Positions 9,575 through 20,000 of a stretch of 64,000 nucleotides of DNA are shown one piece after another. The notes below the pieces were generated by a model, which was not told the DNA's origin, did no database searches, and worked only from the letters and a program-made list of their open reading frames with translations. The position numbers were made by a program, and so were the translations under genes. Positions within the stretch are counted from its first letter, which is position 1, and every line of letters begins with the position of its first letter. The stretch lies in IMG/VR virus record IMGVR_UViG_3300037324_000043, positions 2,660-66,659 of that record. One strand, 5' to 3'. This DNA is from a virus.

Positions 9575-10762
9575 ATGAATCAAGGTAGTTTATTTTCTGG
9601 TATTGGAGGATTTGATTTAGCATCTGAATGGATGGGATGGAACAACTCTTTTCATTGCGAATGGAACGAATTTGGACAACGCATATTAAAATATTACTGG
9701 CCTAAAGCTATATCTTATGAAGACATCACAAAAACAGATTTCACTATTTGGCGAGGAAAAATTGACGTCCTCACAGGAGGATTCCCTTGTCAACCATACA
9801 GCCATGCAGGGAAAAGACTTGGTAAAGACGATGATAGACACCTCTGGCCAGAAATGCTTAGAGCAATTCGGGAGATTGCCCCAGAGTACGTTGTGGCGGA
9901 GAACGTTCTTGGAATCGTTAGTTGGAATGACGGACTGGTATTCAACGAAGTGCAAGCTGACTTGGAAGCTGAAGGGTACGAAGTACAACCGTGTGTACTT
10001 CCAGCTGCAGGTGTCGGCGCTCCCCATAGAAGAGATAGAGTCTGGTTTATTGCCCACCGTTCAAACTCAGGGATTAAAAGTATGCGAGAATCGAAGAAGC
10101 AAGTCAATAAACTTGAAAATGCTACCGACTCCAACAGGAATGATGAACGATTGTTATGCAGACAACAGCCCAAACAGCCATTTAAGGCACTCCCCTTCAT
10201 TAGCAACACTAGCCGACAGATCACTCCTACCAACCCCAAAAACTTTCGATGCCAAAAAACAAAGAACTCTAAACGAGAATGGAGAAAATATGAGTCATAC
10301 AACAGGCGTGAAATACGGGGTTCATTTAACACAATTAGCAAGCGCAGGACTAATTCCAACACCAAGAGCCAATCAGGTAAACGGATGCAATCTGAACAGC
10401 GAAAAATTAGCCAACAGGAACAGGGGGAATTTAGAGGAAACAATAGCAAATTGGAATCAAAAGGGAATGATACCAACACCCAATGCAAGCGACAACAGGA
10501 ACAGGGGAAACCCACAAGATCCATGCGTAATGAAGAGAAAAGAGAATGGAAAGCAAGTTGGGCTTACCATGATGGTAGATGGCCAACTCAATCCCCGATT
10601 TGTAGCGGAAATGATGAGCTTTCCAGTAGACTGGACGGAATTACCTTTCCTAAATGGAGAAACGAAAGCATAAAAGGATTTGGAAATGCAATAGTTCCTG
10701 AGGTTGCTTTGCAGATTTTTAAAGCAATCATGGAAACTAAAAATTCACTTAAAACTGAATAA
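9575..10762 (+). CDS. DNA (cytosine-5) methyltransferase, catalytic (alpha) polypeptide lacking motif IX
   Basis: Motif I LFSGIGG, IV GFPCQ, VI ENV, VIII HRRDRVW, X GNAIVP; variable region low-complexity. Confidence 0.92.
   Translation: MNQGSLFSGIGGFDLASEWMGWNNSFHCEWNEFGQRILKYYWPKAISYEDITKTDFTIWRGKIDVLTGGFPCQPYSHAGKRLGKDDDRHLWPEMLRAIREIAPEYVVAENVLGIVSWNDGLVFNEVQADLEAEGYEVQPCVLPAAGVGAPHRRDRVWFIAHRSNSGIKSMRESKKQVNKLENATDSNRNDERLLCRQQPKQPFKALPFISNTSRQITPTNPKNFRCQKTKNSKREWRKYESYNRREIRGSFNTISKRRTNSNTKSQSGKRMQSEQRKISQQEQGEFRGNNSKLESKGNDTNTQCKRQQEQGKPTRSMRNEEKREWKASWAYHDGRWPTQSPICSGNDELSSRLDGITFPKWRNESIKGFGNAIVPEVALQIFKAIMETKNSLKTE
9717..10673 (+). CDS. overprinted +1-frame (beta) polypeptide of the C5-MTase: five LPT(P) modules plus motif IX
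   Basis: 318 codons open inside the MTase gene; ends QLNPRFVAEMMSFPVDWT (motif IX-like). Confidence 0.8.
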   Translation: MKTSQKQISLFGEEKLTSSQEDSLVNHTAMQGKDLVKTMIDTSGQKCLEQFGRLPQSTLWRRTFLESLVGMTDWYSTKCKLTWKLKGTKYNRVYFQLQVSALPIEEIESGLLPTVQTQGLKVCENRRSKSINLKMLPTPTGMMNDCYADNSPNSHLRHSPSLATLADRSLLPTPKTFDAKKQRTLNENGENMSHTTGVKYGVHLTQLASAGLIPTPRANQVNGCNLNSEKLANRNRGNLEETIANWNQKGMIPTPNASDNRNRGNPQDPCVMKRKENGKQVGLTMMVDGQLNPRFVAEMMSFPVDWTELPFLNGETKA

Positions 10763-10820
10763 ACCAAAAAAGGGAAGGGGAAAACTTTATAGAGTACTCA
10801 AAAATATTAAAATTACAATT

Positions 10821-11111
10821 ATGAACAAGCAAGAGTTTTTTGAAATAAACGATAAAGTCTTTTTACCATTAGGATTCACAAAAGACGAAGAAGATCCGCT
10901 TTTTTATTACAGTATAAATTTAGCTTCTGAAGAAGCAATTGAAGAGAATGAATTAGAAGATCAAGATATTCCTAAGCTACTCTACGGCTCTACTGGAATC
11001 AATAGCGGGTTTTGCATTTACACAGGAATGCATTTCGTGTGGCTGAATATTGGTGAAGCTAGTGAAGCCTTGGAATTTTCTAAAAAGATATCAGCCTTTG
11101 AAGCTGTTTAA
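10821..11111 (+). CDS. hypothetical protein
   Basis: Probable start MNKQEFF within ORF 10704..11111. Confidence 0.6.
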   Translation: MNKQEFFEINDKVFLPLGFTKDEEDPLFYYSINLASEEAIEENELEDQDIPKLLYGSTGINSGFCIYTGMHFVWLNIGEASEALEFSKKISAFEAV

Positions 11112-11136
11112 ATTATAAATCAACTTAAACCAGAAA

Positions 11137-11280
11137 ATGACCAAGCAACAGATTATAAATTATATCGATAAAAACTTTAAGCCATTAGCAATAGGCTTTA
11201 TAGTGGCGATGATTTTAAATGTTCTATTTGATTTAATAGAAAACATTGTACTAAAAATAGCATTGATAATTGCAGGCTAA
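11137..11280 (+). CDS. small membrane protein (47 aa)
   Basis: Hand-translated MTKQQIINYIDKNFKPLAIGFIVAMILNVLFDL... Confidence 0.45.
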   Translation: MTKQQIINYIDKNFKPLAIGFIVAMILNVLFDLIENIVLKIALIIAG

Positions 11281-11337
11281 AATATAGAAACTAAACCCAC
11301 AGAGGGACATTGATGCCCCTCTGTTAGAACTAAAATC

Positions 11338-11706
11338 ATGACAGAAAAACTACAACTTATCAAAACTCTTCTATTGCAAGGAGAGATGCTTGATGATATA
11401 AGAATAAAAGCCAAAACCTCTTGGAGAATGATTTACAGAGTTATAGAGGAACACGGAATGCAAGAATTCCGACAAGAGGTAACAAGAAGGCATAAAAGCA
11501 AAAGTTCAAAGAAATTTAAAACTCCTAGCATTGCTAAAAAAACAAATACAAGTATAAATAGACTAAACCGACAATTGCTGGGCAACCAAGTAAAAAAACA
11601 ATCTATACTTGATGAGAAAGTACAGGCGCTTAATTATAAAAATTGTAGCGATTATATCTCACAGCATGGAGCCGCAAGTTTTAAGGCTAATATTTTAAAG
11701 AATTAA
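11338..11706 (+). CDS. hypothetical basic protein, possible HTH
   Basis: 122-aa ORF in operon. Confidence 0.55.
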   Translation: MTEKLQLIKTLLLQGEMLDDIRIKAKTSWRMIYRVIEEHGMQEFRQEVTRRHKSKSSKKFKTPSIAKKTNTSINRLNRQLLGNQVKKQSILDEKVQALNYKNCSDYISQHGAASFKANILKN

Positions 11707-11718
11707 TAACTGCAAACT

Positions 11719-12087
11719 ATGAGCTACGAAGACGAAACATTAATAAGACTTAGACGACAATATTCAAAAGATGAAACAGTCGCAGCGCTAAGCAAAAAGC
11801 TATCAGAAGCAGGCGTAAAAAATGGAATGTTACAAAGCGAGATAGACGAACTTAAGTATTTACTGCAAGAGTCCGACAACTTACTTAAGCTAAGCAATAA
11901 AGAAAATAAGAAGCTTAAAAACAAGATAGATGAGGCAGGCGAAAGCTTTGAAGAGACTTTGTTATGTAAATTACAAAAAGGTAAGATTAAAAATTATGAA
12001 GAAAATTTTGAACGTAAAAAGATTGAAAACAAAAAGCTACGTAGAAAAATAACTGACTTAAATTCAGAAATACTAACTTTAAAATAG
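11719..12087 (+). CDS. hypothetical coiled-coil protein
   Basis: 122-aa ORF, last gene of + strand module. Confidence 0.6.
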   Translation: MSYEDETLIRLRRQYSKDETVAALSKKLSEAGVKNGMLQSEIDELKYLLQESDNLLKLSNKENKKLKNKIDEAGESFEETLLCKLQKGKIKNYEENFERKKIENKKLRRKITDLNSEILTLK

Positions 12088-12102
12088 AAGCTATTGAATG
12101 GT

Positions 12103-15100
12103 TTATTTATCTTTCTTCATCTTATCCATAAGCTCAGTATATTCCTCAATAGTTTCATCGTCAAAAATATTCATTTTTAGCATTTGATCGAACACCTTAT
12201 CATTTTTAGCTGATCCGTCAAAAACATTACCGTAATATTGAACAATTTTTAAAGCACGGGCCTCACGATCATTCTCAAAGGCAAGTCCAATAACGTAGCG
12301 GTCAATATCTTTGTATTTAGCAATATTTTTTATTTTGCTCTCAACCCTCTCAAGCTCTTTTGGAGCATATCCTTTTAAAGCTTCTATAAATGCAGGAACA
12401 GAAATTTCGTCATTATAGAAGCTACTTGCTAACGCCTCTACGTCAATTTCTCGATAGGCGTTTTTTATTTTTATATTTTTAAGATCACCTTGTATTGGTC
12501 TTAATCTATTTACTTGTCTGTTAAATCCACTTGTATGGCTTATGAGTCGTTTATTAAAAGATTTTAGTAAATCGTTTCCTAAGTCAGATCCAATTTTACT
12601 AATGTCTTTATCATCAGTTGCAACGGCATCTGCTCCAGCATATAATACCCCAATAAAAGGATTTGTGCTTGGCGTAGTAATTAAGCTTTCAATAGATCCT
12701 TTTAACCTGGAAGGAGATAAATGAGTACTACGCCCTATCTGTTTGTAAAAACCATCTATGTTTTTATCTTTCGCACCTTCCATTTCTGGTATGTCTTGGT
12801 TTTGATCGAAAGTTAAAGGTTGATTTCTATAAAAATCATATCCAGTAGTATAAGTCAATGCGGCTTTTGCGGTAGGTATTTTAGCAAGGTTAGCAGTTAA
12901 AGAAGTTATATCAATTGGTATAATATTGTTTTGAATTGCGGTCCATGCTTCAGCATAATTTACTTTAGAATCCTTACGTTCTTTACCAACAATTTGATTT
13001 ATTAATTGCGTGTAAACATTATCAGCAATATTAAGAATAGGAGCTAATTGCTGATTTTTTGCAATTTTCCAGATACGGTATTCGCCATCTTCATTTTTTG
13101 TACCATCTACAATATTAAAATACTGAATACGTTGATACCTACTTACCCCTTCCATAGCCTCAAGCCATATCTCAATAGGAGATTTATCTTTATCTTCTTC
13201 GTCTTTATTTTTAGCAATTAAAGCTAGAGATCCAACTACGGCTGATCCACTTAAAATAACTCCAGCTTGTAGAATTTTTGAAGTAATTTTTTGAGGATTT
13301 TTCTTAAAAGCATCAACAGCTACACGGCTACCTTGTGTAGCTGTATTTATATAAGGAACGAAAGCTTCTAAGTCTTTTGTTACAGCACCGCCCTGATTAA
13401 AGTCTAATAAACTACGGGCTTCTGCTACTGCTCGCATATAAATTGCATCTTTTTCTTCTTGGCTTTTAACTTCTGAAATAGACTTTAATCCTTTTAAGTC
13501 TAACTGGTTTTTTATAGTTCTTTTGAATAATGCCATTCTAAACATTATTTCACTGTAATTCGAAAGCTTCCTTAAAGTCACAGCTTTGAAAAGAGAGCCA
13601 CCAATAGCCTTAACTCTTGGAGTGATAAGTCTATCTAAGGTCTTAGCAAGCACGGTATCTTTTTTTAATCGACCTTGAGTACTTAAAAAAGCCATATCTC
13701 CACCATAATAAATATAGTTATCAAGCATATTAGAACTGTCCATATTATAATTTCCCTTAGACTTTCTGATTTCATTTATGGCTATGAAAGTATCTTTAGA
13801 AACTTGAAACATTGCTTTAAAAACATTTGAAGAGTATTGATCACTAAATACAACATTAAAGATAAAGTCACGAGGTATGTTTACTAATGCAAACGCTGGG
13901 TTGTTTCCAGTTGCAATGCCCTTTAATAAAGCTGAACCACTTACATAACTAAAACCTTCTTTTGATCTTGAATTTAAAAAGCCAGATAAATTATCAAACC
14001 AACTATTATGTAATTCTTCTTCAATAAAAAACTCATTACGAATACCATCTACATAGTAATATGCTTTTTTAAAATTAGAAGGTGTTTTTTTAAATTTTCG
14101 CTCGTAAATAAATTCAGGAACCATTCCATCAATTACAGTTTGCTCTGTGTTTTCCTTCTTCTTAATTATAGGATTGTCTTTAATTTTTCTATTAAGCTCT
14201 ATAAAATACTCATAAAAACGCTCATCTTCTACAGTCCATTCTTTGCGGTTAGAAAGATTTTTCTTAAGAGCATCAAAACGTTTTTTAGCAGCAGGAAATT
14301 CTTTAGTCATAAATACCTTATTAACAGTATTCATAGCCATAGCTCTTTGTCTTGATACAATTGAAGTAGACAATAACCATTCTGAATTACGAACTAAGTT
14401 ACCGGAACTCCCTTCATTTAGATTCTTAATTTGATTTTGAGACAAACCACCAGTATCACTTTTTTCAGTTTGCGCGGCACCTAATGAAACATTGCCTTCA
14501 AAGTCTGTAATGTGCTGAAGAAATAAACGAGGTTGATAATCTAATCCACTTAAATCATCATATACTTTTTGGCTTATTAATCCATTATTACGCATTTCAT
14601 CAAGCAAACTTTTATACGTATCAAAATAAATTTTAGCACGGTTTTCTAAATCCTTATATTTTTTAGTACCTATCTTCTGTTCTGCTGAATTAAGATATTT
14701 TTGAGCTATTATTCCATTCACAAATCCAGGATGCTTAACGGTAGGAAGTCCTTTAGCTGATCTATTTTTATCAATAGCAATAAATCGCTTAAGTTGTATA
14801 ATTTTATCAAGCAATACGCGATCTGCATTACTCATGGGTCTAAATTCAACTTCAAAACCTCCTTTTACTTTGATTTTAATTCTGTCTGTGTAAATATCAG
14901 AATAAGCTTTATCAAAAATACGCCTAGCCTTCCCTGAAGCACCATGGCTATTTACCATAGCGTCTTTGGTTTGCTGAGCGCCAGCCTCGTCAACTAATTT
15001 TTTTGAAAGAAACTGACGATCAGTTATTTTTTCTATGAGCTTTCTGACTATCTTTCTCCTTACTGCTTTACGAGGTTGTTTGTTTTCAAAAGCTGCATCA

Positions 15101-18100
15101 GCTTCGTCAAAGTTATTTTCCACAAAATCAAAAGCCTCTTCATCTGTCATTGAAGCTTCTGCGACTGCTTTTTTAATAGTGTCCGTAGTGATTTCTCTCT
15201 GCTCTTTTTTAGTTAGAGATTTATACCAATCTGTAGATTTAATGTAATTAAGACCTTCCTCTAGGGCTAAAGCTGCTTTTTTCCCTGCCTTATATGCTGC
15301 TTTGACTGCTTTTATAGCTCCAAGAGCCACTACGACGGGTAAATTAATACCAATTGTTCCGTCTCCAAAATCTTTTAATTGCTTTTCGGCATCTTCTAAT
15401 CCTTTAAGGAAAGCGTCATCGCTATTACCTTCTTGAATAGTATCATCTACGTCTTGGTCTTGCGCTCCTTCACGTTCTTGAATGCTTGTATTGCTGCTTT
15501 CTGATTCTCCGTCAATTGATCTTTGCCTATCGATTTCAAATTGGGCTTTTTCTTCTGTGGTTCCGAATTGTTCTTCATAATATTGTACTTTTTGGGCATA
15601 TGTAAGCTCTTCTAAGTAAGAGTCTTCTGCCATTTGTGATTCAACTAAAGATAAATCTTGTTCTGATAGAGAACTTAAAAAACTAGACAATTCCTCCTCG
15701 TCTTGGTTTGCATCAATTTGCTCTTGTAAAGATACAATTTGGCTTTGTATGTCAGAAATGCTTTGATTTTCAAGCAATATTTGAATAATAGCGTCACGAA
15801 CTACTGTTTGATCAAGACCTAAATTTGAATTTTCTGTAATTCCTTCTGAAGCTTTTTCAACACTAGGAAGTTTAGATTTATTTTTAAACCCAGAAGCCCA
15901 TCTTAATTCTTTTTTAGATGCTCCTGTTTCTTTAGAAGCGGAATCCAAATCAATATTACCTCCATTGGCAAAATATTCTAAAGCTGCTTCGTATTCATTT
16001 GTTGGCGTGTAACTGTCAAGAGCCTCAAATAACCTTTTCTTGTCAGCTTCTCTTATTTGATTCTCAGTCTTTTTTCCTAAAGCTTCGTTTTCAATTCTAG
16101 AATAGTTGGCATTTTTGGCTAATGTTTTTTCACCCGTTTTCTTACCAGTCTTTTCATAGAATTTAGAAATCAATCTTCCGTCTTTTGCACTCTTGATGCT
16201 TACAACATTATTATCTGAGTCAATTTCCACATCAAACTCACCTTTTACGCCTTTAGGTGAAACTCTTTTCGTGGTTGTTGGCTTAGAATCTAAAACATTT
16301 ACTTTTTTTACTTTAGCTTTTCCTTCACTTGGCTTAGGCTTAGCGGAGGGCTGTACTGAAGTATCTTTCTCTTTTGCTGCATCTTTACCATCTGTAGGTC
16401 GAACGTCTGCATCAGTAGCAGTATCTCCTTCCGTTTGTGCTTCATCCTTAAGTTTCTTAATTAACTTATCTCTTGAAATTACTTTTTTATTGGACACGGC
16501 AGCATCATCTAGTACAATTATTTGAGCATCGTCTAGGTTTTTGTTTGCTACAATTACATTATAACCAGCATCCCTTATTTTTTGTATAGCTTCAGATGGA
16601 AGATAACCTTGTGTTTGAATTTCCTCTCCTATTATTTTCTTTGCCTTTTCAGATTCTAACCAAATTGCATTTTCTAAACTTAAATTACCCTCAATATAGG
16701 TATCAAAGTCAGGCATTCTAGCTCCCATACCCCCATCCCAAGTAGCATGTAGTATATCCGCTCTTGATACAAAAACCCCTTCATCTGAGATATTATCCGA
16801 AGTACTAAAGAATGCATCCTTCCTATTTTTGTCTGTTATAAAACCATCTTTAATTATTAAGTCTGCCCTATTTTTAGTAGTACCGTGTTTTATCTTTATA
16901 GATTTCTCACTTTCTTTTACTTTGCTTAATTCATTAGCCTTTCTTTTAGCTAGTGAAATATCCTTATCTTCGAGGTCAACCTGTTCAAAATCCTTTTCAA
17001 GTAAATCTATCTCCCGACTGGTCTGACCTGTCTTAAGTGCCTCTTTAAATTCCTCAGGTGAAAAAAGTGGTTTAATATACCCTATAGAAGCATTATCTCG
17101 ACTGGCTTCTACTTTTTTTGTACCTTCCTCTAATACATCTTCTTGGTTGGCATCTTCTTCTTCTTCGGCGTTGATTTCTTCATCATTGGCTTCTTGGCTA
17201 CTTTCTTCATTTGATTCTTCATTGTTTTGTGGGTTTTGATTTGATTTATTATTTAAAGCTGTTATTTTATCTCTAGCATCTTGACTTATTTTATTTCTAG
17301 CCTCTCTATTTATAACTTTTAAACCTCTTTTTTTAACATCGTCTTTTACTTCTTTATTTATTCTTTTTTCTATTACTTCTATTTTATTAAGTATATCATC
17401 TCTTTCTATTCCACTCGCTGTTTCATTAAATTTTTCTGTTAACCTTATAACTTCTTTATCTTTATCTAATTTATTTATTTGTTCTGTTTTTATACCATCT
17501 AAAGAAATAGTACTGTCTAATTCTTCTTGTTTTTCTTTATTAATTTTTTCAATCTCAGATTGAGTATTAGATAATTGAGCTTTGACTGGTTTTTTAGGGT
17601 CTGGATTATCCCCTTCTTGTCTTTCAAAAATAGATATAGCACGTTCAGTAATCTCTTGATTGGTTATTTGGAAGTCCTTAACCCCGTCAGCTTCGTACTC
17701 AGCAATTATCTCGTTTTGAGCTTCATCTTTTAGCTTTAATGATTCTTCCTCTGTTAGAAGGTCTAAAAAGCTCTCCTTTTTTTCATCGACAACTATTTGC
17801 TTGCCTTCTAATATTTCATTTCTGTCTTTTTCCAAAACATTAAATTCATCCAAAAGGTCTTTTAGTATTTCAGTTCTTTGTTCCTGAGATAAAGATTTGT
17901 CTTCATTAATTAATTTTGCCTGCACCTGAAGGAAAGCTTGATTTTTTGTAATGCCATTAACTTTATTGTAGACTGCTTCGCTTAAATTTGAAGTGGAGCT
18001 TTGAGCTTTCTGAATTAATTTATCATTACTGGCATTGGCTTCTTTTATCTTACCTTCTAAAATGTTTCTTGTGGATTGATTTCCTGCGTTATTAAATGCC

Positions 18101-19998
18101 TTCTGAAGCTTAATGACTTTTAAATAGCCGTTCTTTATTTCTTCAATTTGACTCTTAGGCATAAAAGGCTTAATCAATTCTCCTGTTATTTTGCCACCAC
18201 CAATAATCAAAGGACTGCTTGCAAGAGTGGAGAATGTAGTTTTATCCAGGTTGTCTGTCAGCAAAACATCTTTTTTATCTAAAGCAAATCTATCTAATAA
18301 GTTTTGAGAAAAAGTTGTGGCGTTTTCGGTAAGAACTTCTACACCGTTGTCTTTAAAAAATTGCTTAGTAAATCCTAAAGCTCCTTTGTTCATTAATGCT
18401 CTATTTGCACTAGAACTAACGGATCGTCTTAGTATTCGAGAAGTAGGTAGTGCGCCCAAAACACTCTCAGCAGCACCGTAACCAAAGGGTATTGATATCT
18501 CCTGTAATAAAGAATAATTTGCAGGATTAATACCTGATTCTTCAGACTTCATTTCTGAAAACTTACTACCTCCTGTTGATATTCCAAGAGCTGTTATACC
18601 TGCGGTAGCTGAAAAGGGATTCATTATAGCTGCTAATATTGGAGCTTGTGTGACTGTCTCCTGAGCTATAAAATAACCAACGTCTTGAAGTCCTGTTATG
18701 TTATCGTATTCCATTCTAGGACGAAAGTTTTGTGCAACTTCCTGAGTCATTTTTTTAGTCTCCTCAGCAGACATAGCCATTTCATCAGACGCTATTTGAT
18801 CGGATTCGTTACCTGTAATAGCTGCCTTTATGTTTAAGGCGTAAGCAAATGCTCCTTGAGATCCAGCAACTACCAAATCTCCTGTTGACATAGCTATCTG
18901 AGCTTTCATGTTGTCTACAAAGCCGTAATTACGTTTTATTAAATCTATAGCCTCGGTAGTTTCTATTTTTTTATCTTGGTTTTGTTCCAACTTTTCTTCA
19001 AACTTTTTATACTTATCATCAAGAGTAGTGACAATCTGATTTCTTAATTGAAAGTTTTGTGCATACGTTTCTTTAAAACCTTCAGGCAATTCCTTGCCCT
19101 CTTTATTCATTTGCCTAATAAAATCTTCATTGGAATTTACTCTACTAGCCACTCTTGTTAATTTCTCAAAATCAATTTCAAGATCAATAACAGCAGCTTT
19201 TTCTTCCATTTCAACTGTTTTATAGTTGAATACCTGGTTGACATTTAGCTCTTCCCTGTCTTGTTCAGGAAGAGCTCCAATATAATCTATAGTTCTTCTC
19301 TCCCTAAGAGCATCTGTTTCATCTTTGATGGTGATTTGCTTTATTGCTGAACTTATATTTTCGGGAGTTTGCTCCTTGTTTTCTTTCTCTAAAAACTTAA
19401 TAGCCTTCTCTTGCTTTCTTTCCTTGTAAGATGGGAATTTAATATCCGGACCTAATCCAAGCGTGGCTACTGCTCCAATTTTACTTAAAACATTTACAGC
19501 TCCTTGTGTGAATTTTTCGAAAGTAGAACCGTCTAGTTTTTCTTGAGCATCCCTTTCAATTTGTTGTGCATCTTCAGGCCTTACAGACGTAGCTCTTTCA
19601 TAGTTGTCTATGTTAGCAAAGATTGTATCTCTATCAGCTAAATTATCTTGTAACTGACTTAATTCAGCCTCTTTAAAATCAAGGTTTGATACTCTTTCAT
19701 CTTGTGTAGGTTTTGGATTTTGTGCGTTAGGTGCGGAAGTAGCCAATGAACCATCCTGAGTCGGAGGTATTGGGGTTTCTTGTTCCAAATCCGAAGCAGT
19801 TTGTGAAGAAATAGAATCGCCTTTTTTTTTTAATGATTTGAAAAATGAAGAGTACTCATTTTTATCAGTAAACGAGCCTTTAGGAATTATATCATAAAGT
19901 TCGTCAATTCCATTTTCATCTACATAAGATTTTAATTGGTCTTTGTCTTTAAATGAGCCTTGTGGTAAAACGCCTAATAAATCATCTAATTCGTCCAT
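12103..19998 (-). CDS. large polyvalent ejection (internal virion) protein with ART-like and LPD38-like regions
   Basis: 2631 aa at end of tail module; IKHGTT...GF...EGVFVS; C-terminal LDFNQGG..FVPYINTATQG and TGYDFYRNQPL. Confidence 0.7.
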   Translation of the reverse strand: MDELDDLLGVLPQGSFKDKDQLKSYVDENGIDELYDIIPKGSFTDKNEYSSFFKSLKKKGDSISSQTASDLEQETPIPPTQDGSLATSAPNAQNPKPTQDERVSNLDFKEAELSQLQDNLADRDTIFANIDNYERATSVRPEDAQQIERDAQEKLDGSTFEKFTQGAVNVLSKIGAVATLGLGPDIKFPSYKERKQEKAIKFLEKENKEQTPENISSAIKQITIKDETDALRERRTIDYIGALPEQDREELNVNQVFNYKTVEMEEKAAVIDLEIDFEKLTRVASRVNSNEDFIRQMNKEGKELPEGFKETYAQNFQLRNQIVTTLDDKYKKFEEKLEQNQDKKIETTEAIDLIKRNYGFVDNMKAQIAMSTGDLVVAGSQGAFAYALNIKAAITGNESDQIASDEMAMSAEETKKMTQEVAQNFRPRMEYDNITGLQDVGYFIAQETVTQAPILAAIMNPFSATAGITALGISTGGSKFSEMKSEESGINPANYSLLQEISIPFGYGAAESVLGALPTSRILRRSVSSSANRALMNKGALGFTKQFFKDNGVEVLTENATTFSQNLLDRFALDKKDVLLTDNLDKTTFSTLASSPLIIGGGKITGELIKPFMPKSQIEEIKNGYLKVIKLQKAFNNAGNQSTRNILEGKIKEANASNDKLIQKAQSSTSNLSEAVYNKVNGITKNQAFLQVQAKLINEDKSLSQEQRTEILKDLLDEFNVLEKDRNEILEGKQIVVDEKKESFLDLLTEEESLKLKDEAQNEIIAEYEADGVKDFQITNQEITERAISIFERQEGDNPDPKKPVKAQLSNTQSEIEKINKEKQEELDSTISLDGIKTEQINKLDKDKEVIRLTEKFNETASGIERDDILNKIEVIEKRINKEVKDDVKKRGLKVINREARNKISQDARDKITALNNKSNQNPQNNEESNEESSQEANDEEINAEEEEDANQEDVLEEGTKKVEASRDNASIGYIKPLFSPEEFKEALKTGQTSREIDLLEKDFEQVDLEDKDISLAKRKANELSKVKESEKSIKIKHGTTKNRADLIIKDGFITDKNRKDAFFSTSDNISDEGVFVSRADILHATWDGGMGARMPDFDTYIEGNLSLENAIWLESEKAKKIIGEEIQTQGYLPSEAIQKIRDAGYNVIVANKNLDDAQIIVLDDAAVSNKKVISRDKLIKKLKDEAQTEGDTATDADVRPTDGKDAAKEKDTSVQPSAKPKPSEGKAKVKKVNVLDSKPTTTKRVSPKGVKGEFDVEIDSDNNVVSIKSAKDGRLISKFYEKTGKKTGEKTLAKNANYSRIENEALGKKTENQIREADKKRLFEALDSYTPTNEYEAALEYFANGGNIDLDSASKETGASKKELRWASGFKNKSKLPSVEKASEGITENSNLGLDQTVVRDAIIQILLENQSISDIQSQIVSLQEQIDANQDEEELSSFLSSLSEQDLSLVESQMAEDSYLEELTYAQKVQYYEEQFGTTEEKAQFEIDRQRSIDGESESSNTSIQEREGAQDQDVDDTIQEGNSDDAFLKGLEDAEKQLKDFGDGTIGINLPVVVALGAIKAVKAAYKAGKKAALALEEGLNYIKSTDWYKSLTKKEQREITTDTIKKAVAEASMTDEEAFDFVENNFDEADAAFENKQPRKAVRRKIVRKLIEKITDRQFLSKKLVDEAGAQQTKDAMVNSHGASGKARRIFDKAYSDIYTDRIKIKVKGGFEVEFRPMSNADRVLLDKIIQLKRFIAIDKNRSAKGLPTVKHPGFVNGIIAQKYLNSAEQKIGTKKYKDLENRAKIYFDTYKSLLDEMRNNGLISQKVYDDLSGLDYQPRLFLQHITDFEGNVSLGAAQTEKSDTGGLSQNQIKNLNEGSSGNLVRNSEWLLSTSIVSRQRAMAMNTVNKVFMTKEFPAAKKRFDALKKNLSNRKEWTVEDERFYEYFIELNRKIKDNPIIKKKENTEQTVIDGMVPEFIYERKFKKTPSNFKKAYYYVDGIRNEFFIEEELHNSWFDNLSGFLNSRSKEGFSYVSGSALLKGIATGNNPAFALVNIPRDFIFNVVFSDQYSSNVFKAMFQVSKDTFIAINEIRKSKGNYNMDSSNMLDNYIYYGGDMAFLSTQGRLKKDTVLAKTLDRLITPRVKAIGGSLFKAVTLRKLSNYSEIMFRMALFKRTIKNQLDLKGLKSISEVKSQEEKDAIYMRAVAEARSLLDFNQGGAVTKDLEAFVPYINTATQGSRVAVDAFKKNPQKITSKILQAGVILSGSAVVGSLALIAKNKDEEDKDKSPIEIWLEAMEGVSRYQRIQYFNIVDGTKNEDGEYRIWKIAKNQQLAPILNIADNVYTQLINQIVGKERKDSKVNYAEAWTAIQNNIIPIDITSLTANLAKIPTAKAALTYTTGYDFYRNQPLTFDQNQDIPEMEGAKDKNIDGFYKQIGRSTHLSPSRLKGSIESLITTPSTNPFIGVLYAGADAVATDDKDISKIGSDLGNDLLKSFNKRLISHTSGFNRQVNRLRPIQGDLKNIKIKNAYREIDVEALASSFYNDEISVPAFIEALKGYAPKELERVESKIKNIAKYKDIDRYVIGLAFENDREARALKIVQYYGNVFDGSAKNDKVFDQMLKMNIFDDETIEEYTELMDKMKKDK

Positions 19999-20000
19999 TG

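Noticed and set aside
9790-10524. 244-aa antisense ORF making a third open frame over the MTase
   Set aside because: No recognisable motifs and Leu/Ser/Cys-rich; plausible by-product of two constrained sense frames
12103-19998. Virion RNA polymerase as in crAss-like phages
   Set aside because: No DxDxD-type catalytic motif seen; ART-like and LPD38-like features fit a polyvalent protein
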